64,000 bases of DNA, taken from NCBI GenBank assembly GCA_020354555.1, contig CP070648.1, positions 2,544,152 to 2,608,151 of the forward strand. Direction: 5' to 3'. The notes beneath the pieces were generated by a model that worked only from the letters and a program-made list of their open reading frames with translations, was not told where the DNA came from and did no database searches. This document shows positions 56,434 through 64,000 of this stretch, piece after piece (the first letter of the stretch is position 1; every line of letters starts with the position of its first letter). This DNA comes from Armatimonadota bacterium. Its GTDB lineage: Bacteria > Armatimonadota > Hebobacteria > GCA-020354555 > CP070648. The position numbers and the translations under genes were made by a program.

Positions 56434-57417
56434 CTACGGCCCGCTCGACTCATCGGAAGGCGGCGGGGGCTGTTGCTGAGGTGCCGGCTGCGGCGGCCCC
56501 GCTCCCGGTATCACCGGCGGCTTTTGCTCCTTGAGCTTCGAATACTGCTCAGTCAGGCTCTGGTACTTGGGCCGGAAGATCGTGATGCTGGCGTCCGCGC
56601 GCAGGTCATCAATGAACTTCTGCACCTCGGTCTGGCGCAGCGCCATTACGGACTGCATGACGCGGCTCTTGACCTCGTCGAACGAGTGCTGCTTGCCCTC
56701 GGTGCGCTCGACCACTTGGATAATCTGGTAGCTGCCCTCGGGGTAGCTGGACTCGATGGGTTCGCTCACCTCGTTGAGAGCGACGGTGAACAGCAGCTTG
56801 CTGACATTGGGGTCGCCGAAGCCCTCGGACACCGGGCCGATCTCCCCGCCGCGCTCCTTCAACACCGGGTCCTCGGACTTCTCCTTGACTGCTTGGGCGA
56901 AATCGAGCTTGCCGGACACGATATCCTGCCGCACCTTCTCTGCTTCCGCCTTGTTCGGCAGGATTATGCGCCGATACTTGGCCTGCGCCGGCTCGTCGAA
57001 GCGCGTCTTGTTCTCGTCGTAGTACTGCTTGAGTTCGTTGTCCGGGATCACCAGCTTGGTCAGGAGGAAATTCTTCTCCAGGTCGGCCCTGACGCCCGCC
57101 TCGGTCTGATCCGCCCGGCGCAGGAACTCATCCCACTTGTCCTCCCCGACGCGTTTCTTGAGGTCGTTGATGGCCTGATCCAACTCGGCATCGGCAACCT
57201 GGATGCCTTTCTCCTTCGCCATCTGCGCCATGAGGTGCTCGAGTATCAGCCGATCAAGCACCTGACGGCCCACGGTGTCCTCCAGCTTACTGTAGAACTC
57301 CTGCTCGGTGATGATGTCACCGTTGACCTTGGCCACGGCCCGCTTGGCGCAACCCGTGGGCGCGACCGCCAGAGTCACGACTAGTGCGAGTAGAACCGGC
57401 GCGACGAGTCGCTTCAT
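56434..57417 (-). CDS. PrsA/SurA-like parvulin-type peptidyl-prolyl isomerase lipoprotein
   Basis: The signal and lipobox are 'LALVVTLAVAPTGC', and the parvulin core is 'YRRIILPNKAEAEKV...GGEIGPVSEG'. The C-terminal tail is rich in Pro and Gln. Confidence 0.85.
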   Translation of the reverse strand: MKRLVAPVLLALVVTLAVAPTGCAKRAVAKVNGDIITEQEFYSKLEDTVGRQVLDRLILEHLMAQMAKEKGIQVADAELDQAINDLKKRVGEDKWDEFLRRADQTEAGVRADLEKNFLLTKLVIPDNELKQYYDENKTRFDEPAQAKYRRIILPNKAEAEKVRQDIVSGKLDFAQAVKEKSEDPVLKERGGEIGPVSEGFGDPNVSKLLFTVALNEVSEPIESSYPEGSYQIIQVVERTEGKQHSFDEVKSRVMQSVMALRQTEVQKFIDDLRADASITIFRPKYQSLTEQYSKLKEQKPPVIPGAGPPQPAPQQQPPPPSDESSGP

Positions 57418-57504
57418 ATCCTAGACTCCTTTCACCGGTACTGGTGTACGGCGTGACGATGAATGCGATGACGCCCCATTGCCGGGACGCGCACCCGCGT
57501 GGTA

Positions 57505-57533
57505 TCAAAACAGGCGGCTCTCTCCAGCCGCCT
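57505..57533 (-). terminator. intrinsic terminator downstream of yraN
   Basis: The minus strand reads AGGCGGCT-GGAGAG-AGCCGCCT followed by GTTTTGAT. Confidence 0.6.
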
Positions 57534-57681
57534 CAATCTGCATTGTACACGACCTGCGGGAGCCACGTCAAGCAAGACTCCGCGGCGACGAACACCCGCT
57601 CGCCCGCCCCCTGTTCCTGGCCCGAACCGCTCCGCATCGGCGGCGAGACACGGCGGGTGCATCCGTGACTGCCGGCGGCTG

Positions 57682-58071
57682 TCACGGGCCGGTCAGGAAT
57701 GCGCCCTCGACCACGCGCACGTCAACCGCGCTGCCGACCTCGGTCAACGTCACCTCGACGACGTCGAACCGGCAGCGCTCCTCTCTTCGCGCCCGGGACG
57801 CCATATAGACCTGCGCCAACTTCACCAGTTTATCGCGTTTGGCGTGGGTGACGGATTCGGCGGGAGCGAAAGTGTCGGACGGGGTGCGGCTTTTCACCTC
57901 AACGAACACCAGGTCGGCCCCGTGACGCGCTACGATGTCAATCTCCCCGAGCTTGGTGCGGTAATTGCGCTCGAGGATCGCGTAACCCCGCGACTGGAGA
58001 TAGCGCGCCGCGATGTCTTCGCCTATGCGCCCCAGCTCGCGACGGCTCTTCGGCTCCGACTGCCCCCACAT
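57682..58071 (-). CDS. yraN: YraN-family (UPF0102) endonuclease-like protein
   Basis: 'GEDIAARYLQSRGYAILERNYRTKLGEIDIVARHGADLVFVEVKSR' is present. The start is taken at ATG 58071. Confidence 0.85.
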   Translation of the reverse strand: MWGQSEPKSRRELGRIGEDIAARYLQSRGYAILERNYRTKLGEIDIVARHGADLVFVEVKSRTPSDTFAPAESVTHAKRDKLVKLAQVYMASRARREERCRFDVVEVTLTEVGSAVDVRVVEGAFLTGP

Positions 58072-58178
58072 CGCTCCGGCCTCCCCCAGGGCGACACGAA
58101 TCTCCGGCGGGTGAGCGCCGGGCGGCGCCCCCCGCATAAACCGTGGGCACGGCTCTTTCCTGCGCGACCCTCGCTTAC

Positions 58179-59735
58179 CTACGGGCCCGCCTGTACCTGC
58201 TTCGATACGTCGTGCATCAACGGCGCCAGGGCTGGATACGTCTCCACGTATTTGCTGAAATAGAAGTCGTACACGCCGCGATGCGTGTCGTCGGGCTTAA
58301 TCTCATCGGTGATGGTGACCATGTTCTCCGACGCCTCCGCTAGGCTCCCGTAATGGCCCGCGGCCACCGCCGCCGCGACGCCGCTGCCGAGCGTCGCCGC
58401 CTCCCCGACCGCGGCGAGGAAAATGGGCAGGCCGCAGACGTCGGCGTGTATCTGCAGCCACAAGCGGCTCTTGGCGCCGCCGCCGGTCGCATAGAGTTCG
58501 GCCACTTTGAAATCGTGCGCCGCCAGGTCCTCCAGGATGTGGCGCGTCCCGAAGGCGGTGCCCTCCAGTATCGCGCGGAACACGTGGGCCGAGCTATGCT
58601 TGAGGCCCAACCCCCAGATGGCCCCGCGCACGAGCGGATCCCGTATCGGCGTGCGATTGCCCTGGAAGTAGTCCACCATCACCAGACCTTCCGAGCCGGG
58701 TGCTACCGCGGCCGCTTTCTCGTCCAGAATCGCGTATGCGTCGCGTCCCGAGTGCTCCGCCTCCGCCTGCTCCGCTGCCGCGAAGTTGTCGCGGAACCAT
58801 TTCACGACGGAGCCGGTTGCGGTCTGCCCCCCTTCCAGCACCCACATGCCCCGTATCAGCGCGTCGGGATACGGCCCCCACACCCCGGAGTCGAATATCC
58901 CGCGATCGCTCAACCCCATGTGGCACGTCGAAGAACCCATCACGATCGCCATGCGCCCCGGCTTGACGGTGGCCATGCCGAGCATGCCCATATAGGCATC
59001 TATGCCGCCCTCGGCGACCGGTATGCCCGCCGGCAAGCCCAGCTCCTCGGCCGCGGTCTTCGAGAGTTCCCCCGCACGCTCCCCGACGGCGAGGACGTCC
59101 TGCGGCCACTTATCGAGGATCTCGCTCATGCCGAGCGTCTCCAGCAGCCGCTTCGGCCAACCGCCCTCGGGCACCGCGTAGTTCCACTTGCACGTGACGA
59201 CGTTGAGCGATGCCGTCCACCGCCCGGTGAGGCGGAACATGAGCCAGTCGGTGACCTCCATGATCCGCTCGGCCCGTTCGTACACCTGCGGCTCGTTCTC
59301 CCTCACCCACAGCGCCTTCGGAATCATCCATTCCGGGCTTTCCTTGCCCCCGACGTACTTGAGCACGGGATCCCCGCTCGCCGTCACGCGCTCGGCCTGC
59401 TCGTGGGCGCGAACGTCCATCCACAGAATGCCGGGACGCAGCGGCTCGCCGTTCTCCTTCGCGCAGACAACGGTGCACGCCGTCCCGTCGAGGCCGATGC
59501 CTGCAATGTCCGTCGGCTTCACCTTGCCGCGCTTCAGGCACTCGGCGATCGTGTCCCGGGCGGCTTGCCACCAGTCGGCAGGCTGCTGTTCGGCCCAGCT
59601 CACCTTGGGGAATTGTATCGGGTACTCGCGGACGGCATAGACGACCGGTTTGCCCGACAAATCGAACACGCCCGTGCGCAGGCTCTGCGTGCCGCAGTCA
59701 ATGCCGAGAACGTAGGGAGGCTTCGGGTCGGCCAC
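58179..59735 (-). CDS. FGGY-family carbohydrate (pentulose/ribulose-type) kinase
   Basis: 'YVLGIDCGTQSLR' and 'GGGAKSRLWLQIHADV' are present. GTG 59735 follows GGAGGTGA. Confidence 0.9.
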   Translation of the reverse strand: MADPKPPYVLGIDCGTQSLRTGVFDLSGKPVVYAVREYPIQFPKVSWAEQQPADWWQAARDTIAECLKRGKVKPTDIAGIGLDGTACTVVCAKENGEPLRPGILWMDVRAHEQAERVTASGDPVLKYVGGKESPEWMIPKALWVRENEPQVYERAERIMEVTDWLMFRLTGRWTASLNVVTCKWNYAVPEGGWPKRLLETLGMSEILDKWPQDVLAVGERAGELSKTAAEELGLPAGIPVAEGGIDAYMGMLGMATVKPGRMAIVMGSSTCHMGLSDRGIFDSGVWGPYPDALIRGMWVLEGGQTATGSVVKWFRDNFAAAEQAEAEHSGRDAYAILDEKAAAVAPGSEGLVMVDYFQGNRTPIRDPLVRGAIWGLGLKHSSAHVFRAILEGTAFGTRHILEDLAAHDFKVAELYATGGGAKSRLWLQIHADVCGLPIFLAAVGEAATLGSGVAAAVAAGHYGSLAEASENMVTITDEIKPDDTHRGVYDFYFSKYVETYPALAPLMHDVSKQVQAGP

Positions 59736-59875
59736 GGGAAGTCACCTCCGAGTAGGGCTGAACGGTCGTTCGCCGCCCCGAGCCGATTACCCTTCACCAG
59801 GTGCATGTCTCGCTTGAGGGCTCGCCGATCGGAGAATCATGTGCCGCTCCCGAGGCACTTGGTGCACGCCGTATC

Positions 59876-59905
59876 TTTACCGCGGGCCGATGCGAGTGAT
59901 ACAAT
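59876..59905 (+). promoter_or_regulatory. candidate sigma70 promoter (TTTACC-18-TACAAT, with a TG extension)
   Basis: TACAAT at 59900-59905 is preceded by TGA. It lies about 25 nt upstream of ATG 59929. Confidence 0.4.
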
Positions 59906-59928
59906 CCTAGTGCAGTAGAGGTGAAGGC

Positions 59929-60588
59929 ATGAGTGGAACCCGTGAATGGCTGGCGTACGCCGGACGCCTCGTCATCGGTAAACTGCGCGAGTGGTGGCGG
60001 CTGCTCGCCGTCAGTCGCGAGATGCACGCATTAGAGGAGCGGCGGGACGAACTCCTGCTGCGCCTCGGCAAGCGCTATCACCAGTACCTCACCGAGACGA
60101 GCGCGGAGCCGGTGCCTGCGGTGGCGGAAACGACGCACGATCTGCGCATCCTGCTTCAGCGCGTCGCGGCGCTGAATGACATGAAGGAGCACATCCGTCA
60201 GGAACAGTACCTGTATGTGCACCCGGAGCTCGTGGTTGAGTTGCCGCCATCGGCAACTGGTGAGCCTGAACCGCCGCCTGTGGCCAGCGCGCAGCGAACG
60301 AGAGCACAGGACCGCGGAGAGAGTATTGACTTCGCTGAGATGCCGCCCGCCCGGCGCGGCCCGCCGAGGCTTGGGGCGGACCGGGTTTGTGAGTGCGGCG
60401 AGACGCTGCCGCCGCGCGCGAAGTTCTGCCCCGCGTGCGGCAAGGCTCACGCGGTCGCCGCCGCGAAGGTGAGCGCCGAGATCGCGCCGCCCCGCAAATG
60501 CCCGAACTGCGGCACGGAGACGCCACTCGGCGCCGAGTTCTGCCCGGAATGCGGCGGGCACATAGACGCCGAAGTGTACGAGATGTAA
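59929..60588 (+). CDS. double zinc-ribbon protein with an N-terminal coiled-coil region
   Basis: 'CECGETLPPRAKFCPACG' and 'CPNCGTETPLGAEFCPECG' form the two ribbons. The RBS is GAGGTGAAGG. Confidence 0.6.
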   Translation: MSGTREWLAYAGRLVIGKLREWWRLLAVSREMHALEERRDELLLRLGKRYHQYLTETSAEPVPAVAETTHDLRILLQRVAALNDMKEHIRQEQYLYVHPELVVELPPSATGEPEPPPVASAQRTRAQDRGESIDFAEMPPARRGPPRLGADRVCECGETLPPRAKFCPACGKAHAVAAAKVSAEIAPPRKCPNCGTETPLGAEFCPECGGHIDAEVYEM

Positions 60589-60762
60589 TCAAGGGCTGCC
60601 GGACGGCAGAGCGGACGCCGTCGCGGCGCGGCGCCCGAATGACGCCGCAAGCAGCACGGTTGGGTTGAGACGGCTCCCGCACGTCGTGCTGGCGGACTCC
60701 GCGTCACCGCCGGGCGTCACCTGGTGCGCAGCACCGCTGCGGCGCAATCATCGAGCGACATC

Positions 60763-61692
60763 ATGGACAAGCGCGACTTCGATCTCCTCGTCCTCGGCGA
60801 CATCAACGTGGACATCATCCTCAGCGGGATGTCGAGCATCCCGGGGCCGGGAACCGAGGAGTTGGCAAGCGACCTCGATTTCCGCAGTGGCGGCTCGGCC
60901 GCCAATTGTGCGCGGGCTGCGGCGAAACTCGGCTTAGCGGTCGCGTTTGTCGGGCTCGTCGGCGGCGACCGGTTCGGCGATTACCTGCTTCAGGTCATGC
61001 GCGAGAGCGACGTCAACGTGGACTACGTTCGCCGCTCGAGTGAGGTCAAGACCGGCATCACGGTATCGCTTTCGCTGGCCGCGGACCGCGCCTTCGCGAC
61101 GTACTCCGGTTCGGTTGCGGAGTTCTCGCTGGAGCACGTGGACTTCTCCGCCTTCGCACGCGCGCGCCATCTGCACATCGGGGGATACTTCCTCCAGACT
61201 CGCATGAAGGGCGGTCACCGGGCGGTGCTCGAGGCGGCGAAGCAGGCCGGCCTGACCACGTCGCTCGATGTGGGGTGGGATCCGCAGCAGCGCTGGAACG
61301 GGGACCTGCCAGGCGCGCTGCAGTTGGTGGACGTATTGCTGCCCAATGAGGATGAGGTGATGCGTCTCGCGGGCGAGGAGCACCTGGGCGCCGCGGCTGC
61401 GAGTCTAACGCGCACTCTGCCGACGTTGGCGGTGAAGCTCGGCGCCGACGGTGCGCTGGGTCGCCAGGGGGACGCGGAGGTGCGCGCGCCCGCGTTCCCG
61501 GTTCGCGTATTCGACACGACGGCGCTGGGCGACTGCTTCAACGCCGGCTTCCTGGCCGCTCACCTGGAGGGACGTGACCTCGAGGCATGCCTGCACGTGG
61601 GTAACGCAGCCGCAGCGGTCGCCGCGTCGCGCATGGGTGATGACCGCTACGCGACGCGCGACGAAGTCGAGCGTCTCCTCGGCGCTGCGTGA
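60763..61692 (+). CDS. PfkB-family carbohydrate kinase
   Basis: 'LLVLGDINVDII', 'GGSAANCA' and 'DTTALGDCFNAGF' are present. Confidence 0.85.
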   Translation: MDKRDFDLLVLGDINVDIILSGMSSIPGPGTEELASDLDFRSGGSAANCARAAAKLGLAVAFVGLVGGDRFGDYLLQVMRESDVNVDYVRRSSEVKTGITVSLSLAADRAFATYSGSVAEFSLEHVDFSAFARARHLHIGGYFLQTRMKGGHRAVLEAAKQAGLTTSLDVGWDPQQRWNGDLPGALQLVDVLLPNEDEVMRLAGEEHLGAAAASLTRTLPTLAVKLGADGALGRQGDAEVRAPAFPVRVFDTTALGDCFNAGFLAAHLEGRDLEACLHVGNAAAAVAASRMGDDRYATRDEVERLLGAA

Positions 61693-61774
61693 GAAGCGGG
61701 CGGCTCGTCGGTTACCCCAGCCAAACGCCCTCCATCGCCAGCCGATTCAGCACCCGCCATGCCCCTCCGCGGCG

Positions 61775-62914
61775 CTAAGCGAGGGACGCGGCAAGCGGCG
61801 CGGGGGCGGCGACGCCCTCCCCCTGCCGCTCGGTTGCCACCGCCCACAGAAATAGGCACGTGTAATACGCGGCGCGAACGTAGGTCGTGAAGGCGATGAC
61901 CAGAGAGAAGCACAGCGCGCCAACGACGACCGCGAGAACGATGGCGCCCCCGGCGAGGCTGAACACCCCGTAAGCGAGCAGCGCCGCGCAGATGAAGCCA
62001 ATCACGCCGAGGATATTCGTCAGGACGATGACGCCGACTTCGCCTACTGCGATGCCCAGCAGATTCCGCCCATGCAGGTCGCGCGCACGGTTCGCGGCCG
62101 CGCGCAGCGACAGGTCCTCCAGGATGATCGCGGGCAGGATGAGATACGTCGCCACCACCCACACGCGGTCTATCGCGCCCGCGGCGATATCGCCCAGGCC
62201 GCGGCCCCTCCTGCCGCGCAGCATGCCGGTCACCAGCGAGACCGCGGTGGAAACGACGGCCAGTCCCACCAGCGCGAGGAAGTTCTTGCGCGCGTCGGCG
62301 AACGCCTCACCCAGTCGCGCGTCGCCCCCGCGTAGGTGGGTGTCCACCAGGTTGACCGTCATCCCGATAAAGAAATACGTGATCGCGTAGTTCACCATCA
62401 CGACGCCGCCGCCGACGATCAGCCACCACCAAGGCGCGGTGTCCTCGTCGGCCAGAGCCTGCAGCGCCCCTGTTTGCCACAGCACGAGCATGATGATGCC
62501 GAGCATCACGGCGTTGGCCACCGTCGCGAAGATCGCGGGCAGGATGAGATCCTTGTCACGGAAGGCCATGACGACGCTTTCCCGGAGGAACACAAAGGCG
62601 CGCGAGATACCGTCGAAGAAACCGTAGCCGCCGGGCGCGCGCGCCACGGTCTGCACTGGCGCGCTGCGCGCCTCGATCTCGGCCCGTTCCGCGGCGCGAC
62701 ACGCGTTGCAGGTTGTCTCCGGGCCGGGCGAGGTCGCGCACTCCGCGCATACCTCCTTGTGGCACTTCTCGCACGTCGCGACGACGCCCTCGCGCCCGCA
62801 CACCGCGCAGCGCGTCTCCGCCATGCGCGCGCATTTCGGGCAGGTGTCGTCGAACGGCTGGAGCAGGTAACCGCACTTCGGGCACTGGGATGACACGGCA
62901 ATCACCTCCCGCAT
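61775..62914 (-). CDS. membrane protein with an N-terminal multi-CxxC zinc-ribbon region and a polytopic C-terminal domain
   Basis: 'CPKCGYLLQPFDDTCPKCA...CAVCG...CEKCHKEVCAEC...CNAC' is followed by about 7 TM helices. The start is ATG 62914 or the GTG 18 nt downstream, after GGGAGGTGA. Confidence 0.6.
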   Translation of the reverse strand: MREVIAVSSQCPKCGYLLQPFDDTCPKCARMAETRCAVCGREGVVATCEKCHKEVCAECATSPGPETTCNACRAAERAEIEARSAPVQTVARAPGGYGFFDGISRAFVFLRESVVMAFRDKDLILPAIFATVANAVMLGIIMLVLWQTGALQALADEDTAPWWWLIVGGGVVMVNYAITYFFIGMTVNLVDTHLRGGDARLGEAFADARKNFLALVGLAVVSTAVSLVTGMLRGRRGRGLGDIAAGAIDRVWVVATYLILPAIILEDLSLRAAANRARDLHGRNLLGIAVGEVGVIVLTNILGVIGFICAALLAYGVFSLAGGAIVLAVVVGALCFSLVIAFTTYVRAAYYTCLFLWAVATERQGEGVAAPAPLAASLA

Positions 62915-63141
62915 GTTCGTCGCTTGTGTTTCGGCGCGCCGCATCGCAACCCTGCCCCGCGCGGCCCGGCGCGCGGACCTGTGCCTGATTCGGTGCCGTG
63001 CGCACGCGGGTGCCGCGGGTCCGGGAAACGCGCGGCGCGCAGGAGAATCGCCGTCGCCGCCGAACTTATCCGAGTCGTCGGCGGGCGGGGCGCCCAGTCC
63101 CAGGACTGAGGCATGGAGGCCGGCGCGTCAGGGAGACCATT

Positions 63142-63879
63142 GTGTCGCATCGCATGGTAAACGTCGCCCACCGCGGGGCAAGCGCAACACGGCCGGAGAA
63201 CACCCTGGCGGCGTTTCGCCGCGCCATCGAAGTCGGCGCGGACATGATCGAACTGGATGCGCGCGCCACCGCTGATGGCGTCGCCGTGGTCATGCACGAT
63301 GGGGCCGTTGACCGCACGACGAACGGGTCGGGCCCTCTCGCGAACCTGACGTTGAAGCGAGTCAAGGCGTTGGACGCCGGATCGTGGTTCGCGGAGGAAT
63401 TCGCGGGCGAGCCGGTGCCGACCTTGACGGAAGTCGTCTCGCTCACCGCGGGCAGGATCGCGCTGGATATCGAGCTGAAAGAGACCGGCTTCGAGCAGCA
63501 GGCGGTGGAAGCTTTGCGCCGGGCCGGCAACGGGTGGTCTTTCATCTCATCGTTCAACGACGGATGCCTGAAACGGGTGCGCGAGATTGACGCCGGCGTC
63601 AGGACCGGGCTCATCGTGGCGATCGGGGAGTTAAGCGACGGCCAGATCACGGAGCTGATCGAGCGCACGCGGGGGCTTGGCGCGAGCATCCTCGCGGCGC
63701 TTCACAGCGGAATCACGCCCGCCCTGGTGGAAGCCGCCAACGCCGCCGATATCAGCCTCGTCGCGTGGACGGTGGACCGCCGCGATGACATGCGCCGCAT
63801 GATGGATCTTGGCATCACGGGTATCGCGACCAATTACCCGGAGGTGCTGCAGGATATGCTCGAGCGCGGCAACGTCTAG
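63142..63879 (+). CDS. glycerophosphodiester phosphodiesterase (GDPD/UgpQ-like)
   Basis: 'VAHRGASATRPENTLAAFRRAIEVGADMIELD...VVMHD' is present. The start is GTG 63142 (after GGGAGA) or ATG 63154. Confidence 0.85.
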   Translation: MSHRMVNVAHRGASATRPENTLAAFRRAIEVGADMIELDARATADGVAVVMHDGAVDRTTNGSGPLANLTLKRVKALDAGSWFAEEFAGEPVPTLTEVVSLTAGRIALDIELKETGFEQQAVEALRRAGNGWSFISSFNDGCLKRVREIDAGVRTGLIVAIGELSDGQITELIERTRGLGASILAALHSGITPALVEAANAADISLVAWTVDRRDDMRRMMDLGITGIATNYPEVLQDMLERGNV

Positions 63880-63910
63880 CCCGAGCTGGAAAGCAACGAG
63901 GAGGGTGCAA

Positions 63911-64000
63911 TTGAAGAAAGTGCGCGTCGGAATCATCGGGACGGGCGGGATCGCCCAGTGGGCTCACATCCCCGGCTACCAGAAGGTTGAAGGGGTGGAG
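63911..64000 (+). CDS. Gfo/Idh/MocA-family oxidoreductase, 3'-truncated by the window edge
   Basis: TTG 63911 follows GAGGAGGG. 'KKVRVGIIGTGGIAQWAHIPGY' is the Rossmann N-terminus of this family. Confidence 0.7.
   Translation, partial: MKKVRVGIIGTGGIAQWAHIPGYQKVEGVE

Overview
This is a visibly GC-rich, densely coding bacterial chromosomal segment. I call about 55 protein genes and one tRNA-Arg(CCU). Most genes have clear GGAGG-type Shine-Dalgarno sites, and several intergenic regions carry near-consensus sigma70 promoters (TTGACx-17-TATAAT). I found no rRNA, CRISPR array, transposase, integrase or prophage genes, so the window looks like core or accessory metabolic chromosome rather than a mobile island. 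I cannot assign a taxon from sequence alone. The gene content (PEP-CTERM protein, ThuA, Gfo/Idh/MocA, heparinase II/III, URO-D-like genes) resembles an uncultured glycan-degrading lineage. Gene themes: (i) glycan utilisation (heparinase II/III-like, GH-A clan hydrolase, CUT2-type binding protein plus permease, ThuA, two URO-D-family paralogues, Gfo/Idh/MocA, FGGY, PfkB and ROK kinases); (ii) envelope biogenesis (MraY fusion, TagO-like::TagA fusion, polyprenyl synthase, NDP-sugar enzymes, PlsC, MsbA-like exporter, PrsA, HtrA, TolB-like protein); (iii) housekeeping (ahcY, dgt, gcvH, ppdK, mazG, yraN). The ORF track often over-extends N-termini and lists many long antisense ORFs typical of high GC. 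I re-set starts where an RBS, promoter or stop/start coupling supports it. Best candidates for undescribed biology: (1) a co-directional block of a mini-kinase, a zinc-ribbon-FHA protein and MraY fused to TPR repeats plus an APH-type kinase-like domain whose catalytic loop is substituted, formally analogous to the mycobacterial PknB/FhaA/MviN-pseudokinase switch but acting on lipid I synthase; (2) larB and larC (nickel-pincer cofactor synthesis) bracketing two tandem QueG/RdhA-like iron-sulfur paralogues, with no larA or larE nearby; (3) a TagA glycosyltransferase fused to a WecA/TagO-like membrane domain that has lost its catalytic aspartates; (4) a near-consensus sigma54 promoter in front of a PEP-CTERM operon. 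All functional calls come from motif recognition by eye and need HMM or structure confirmation.
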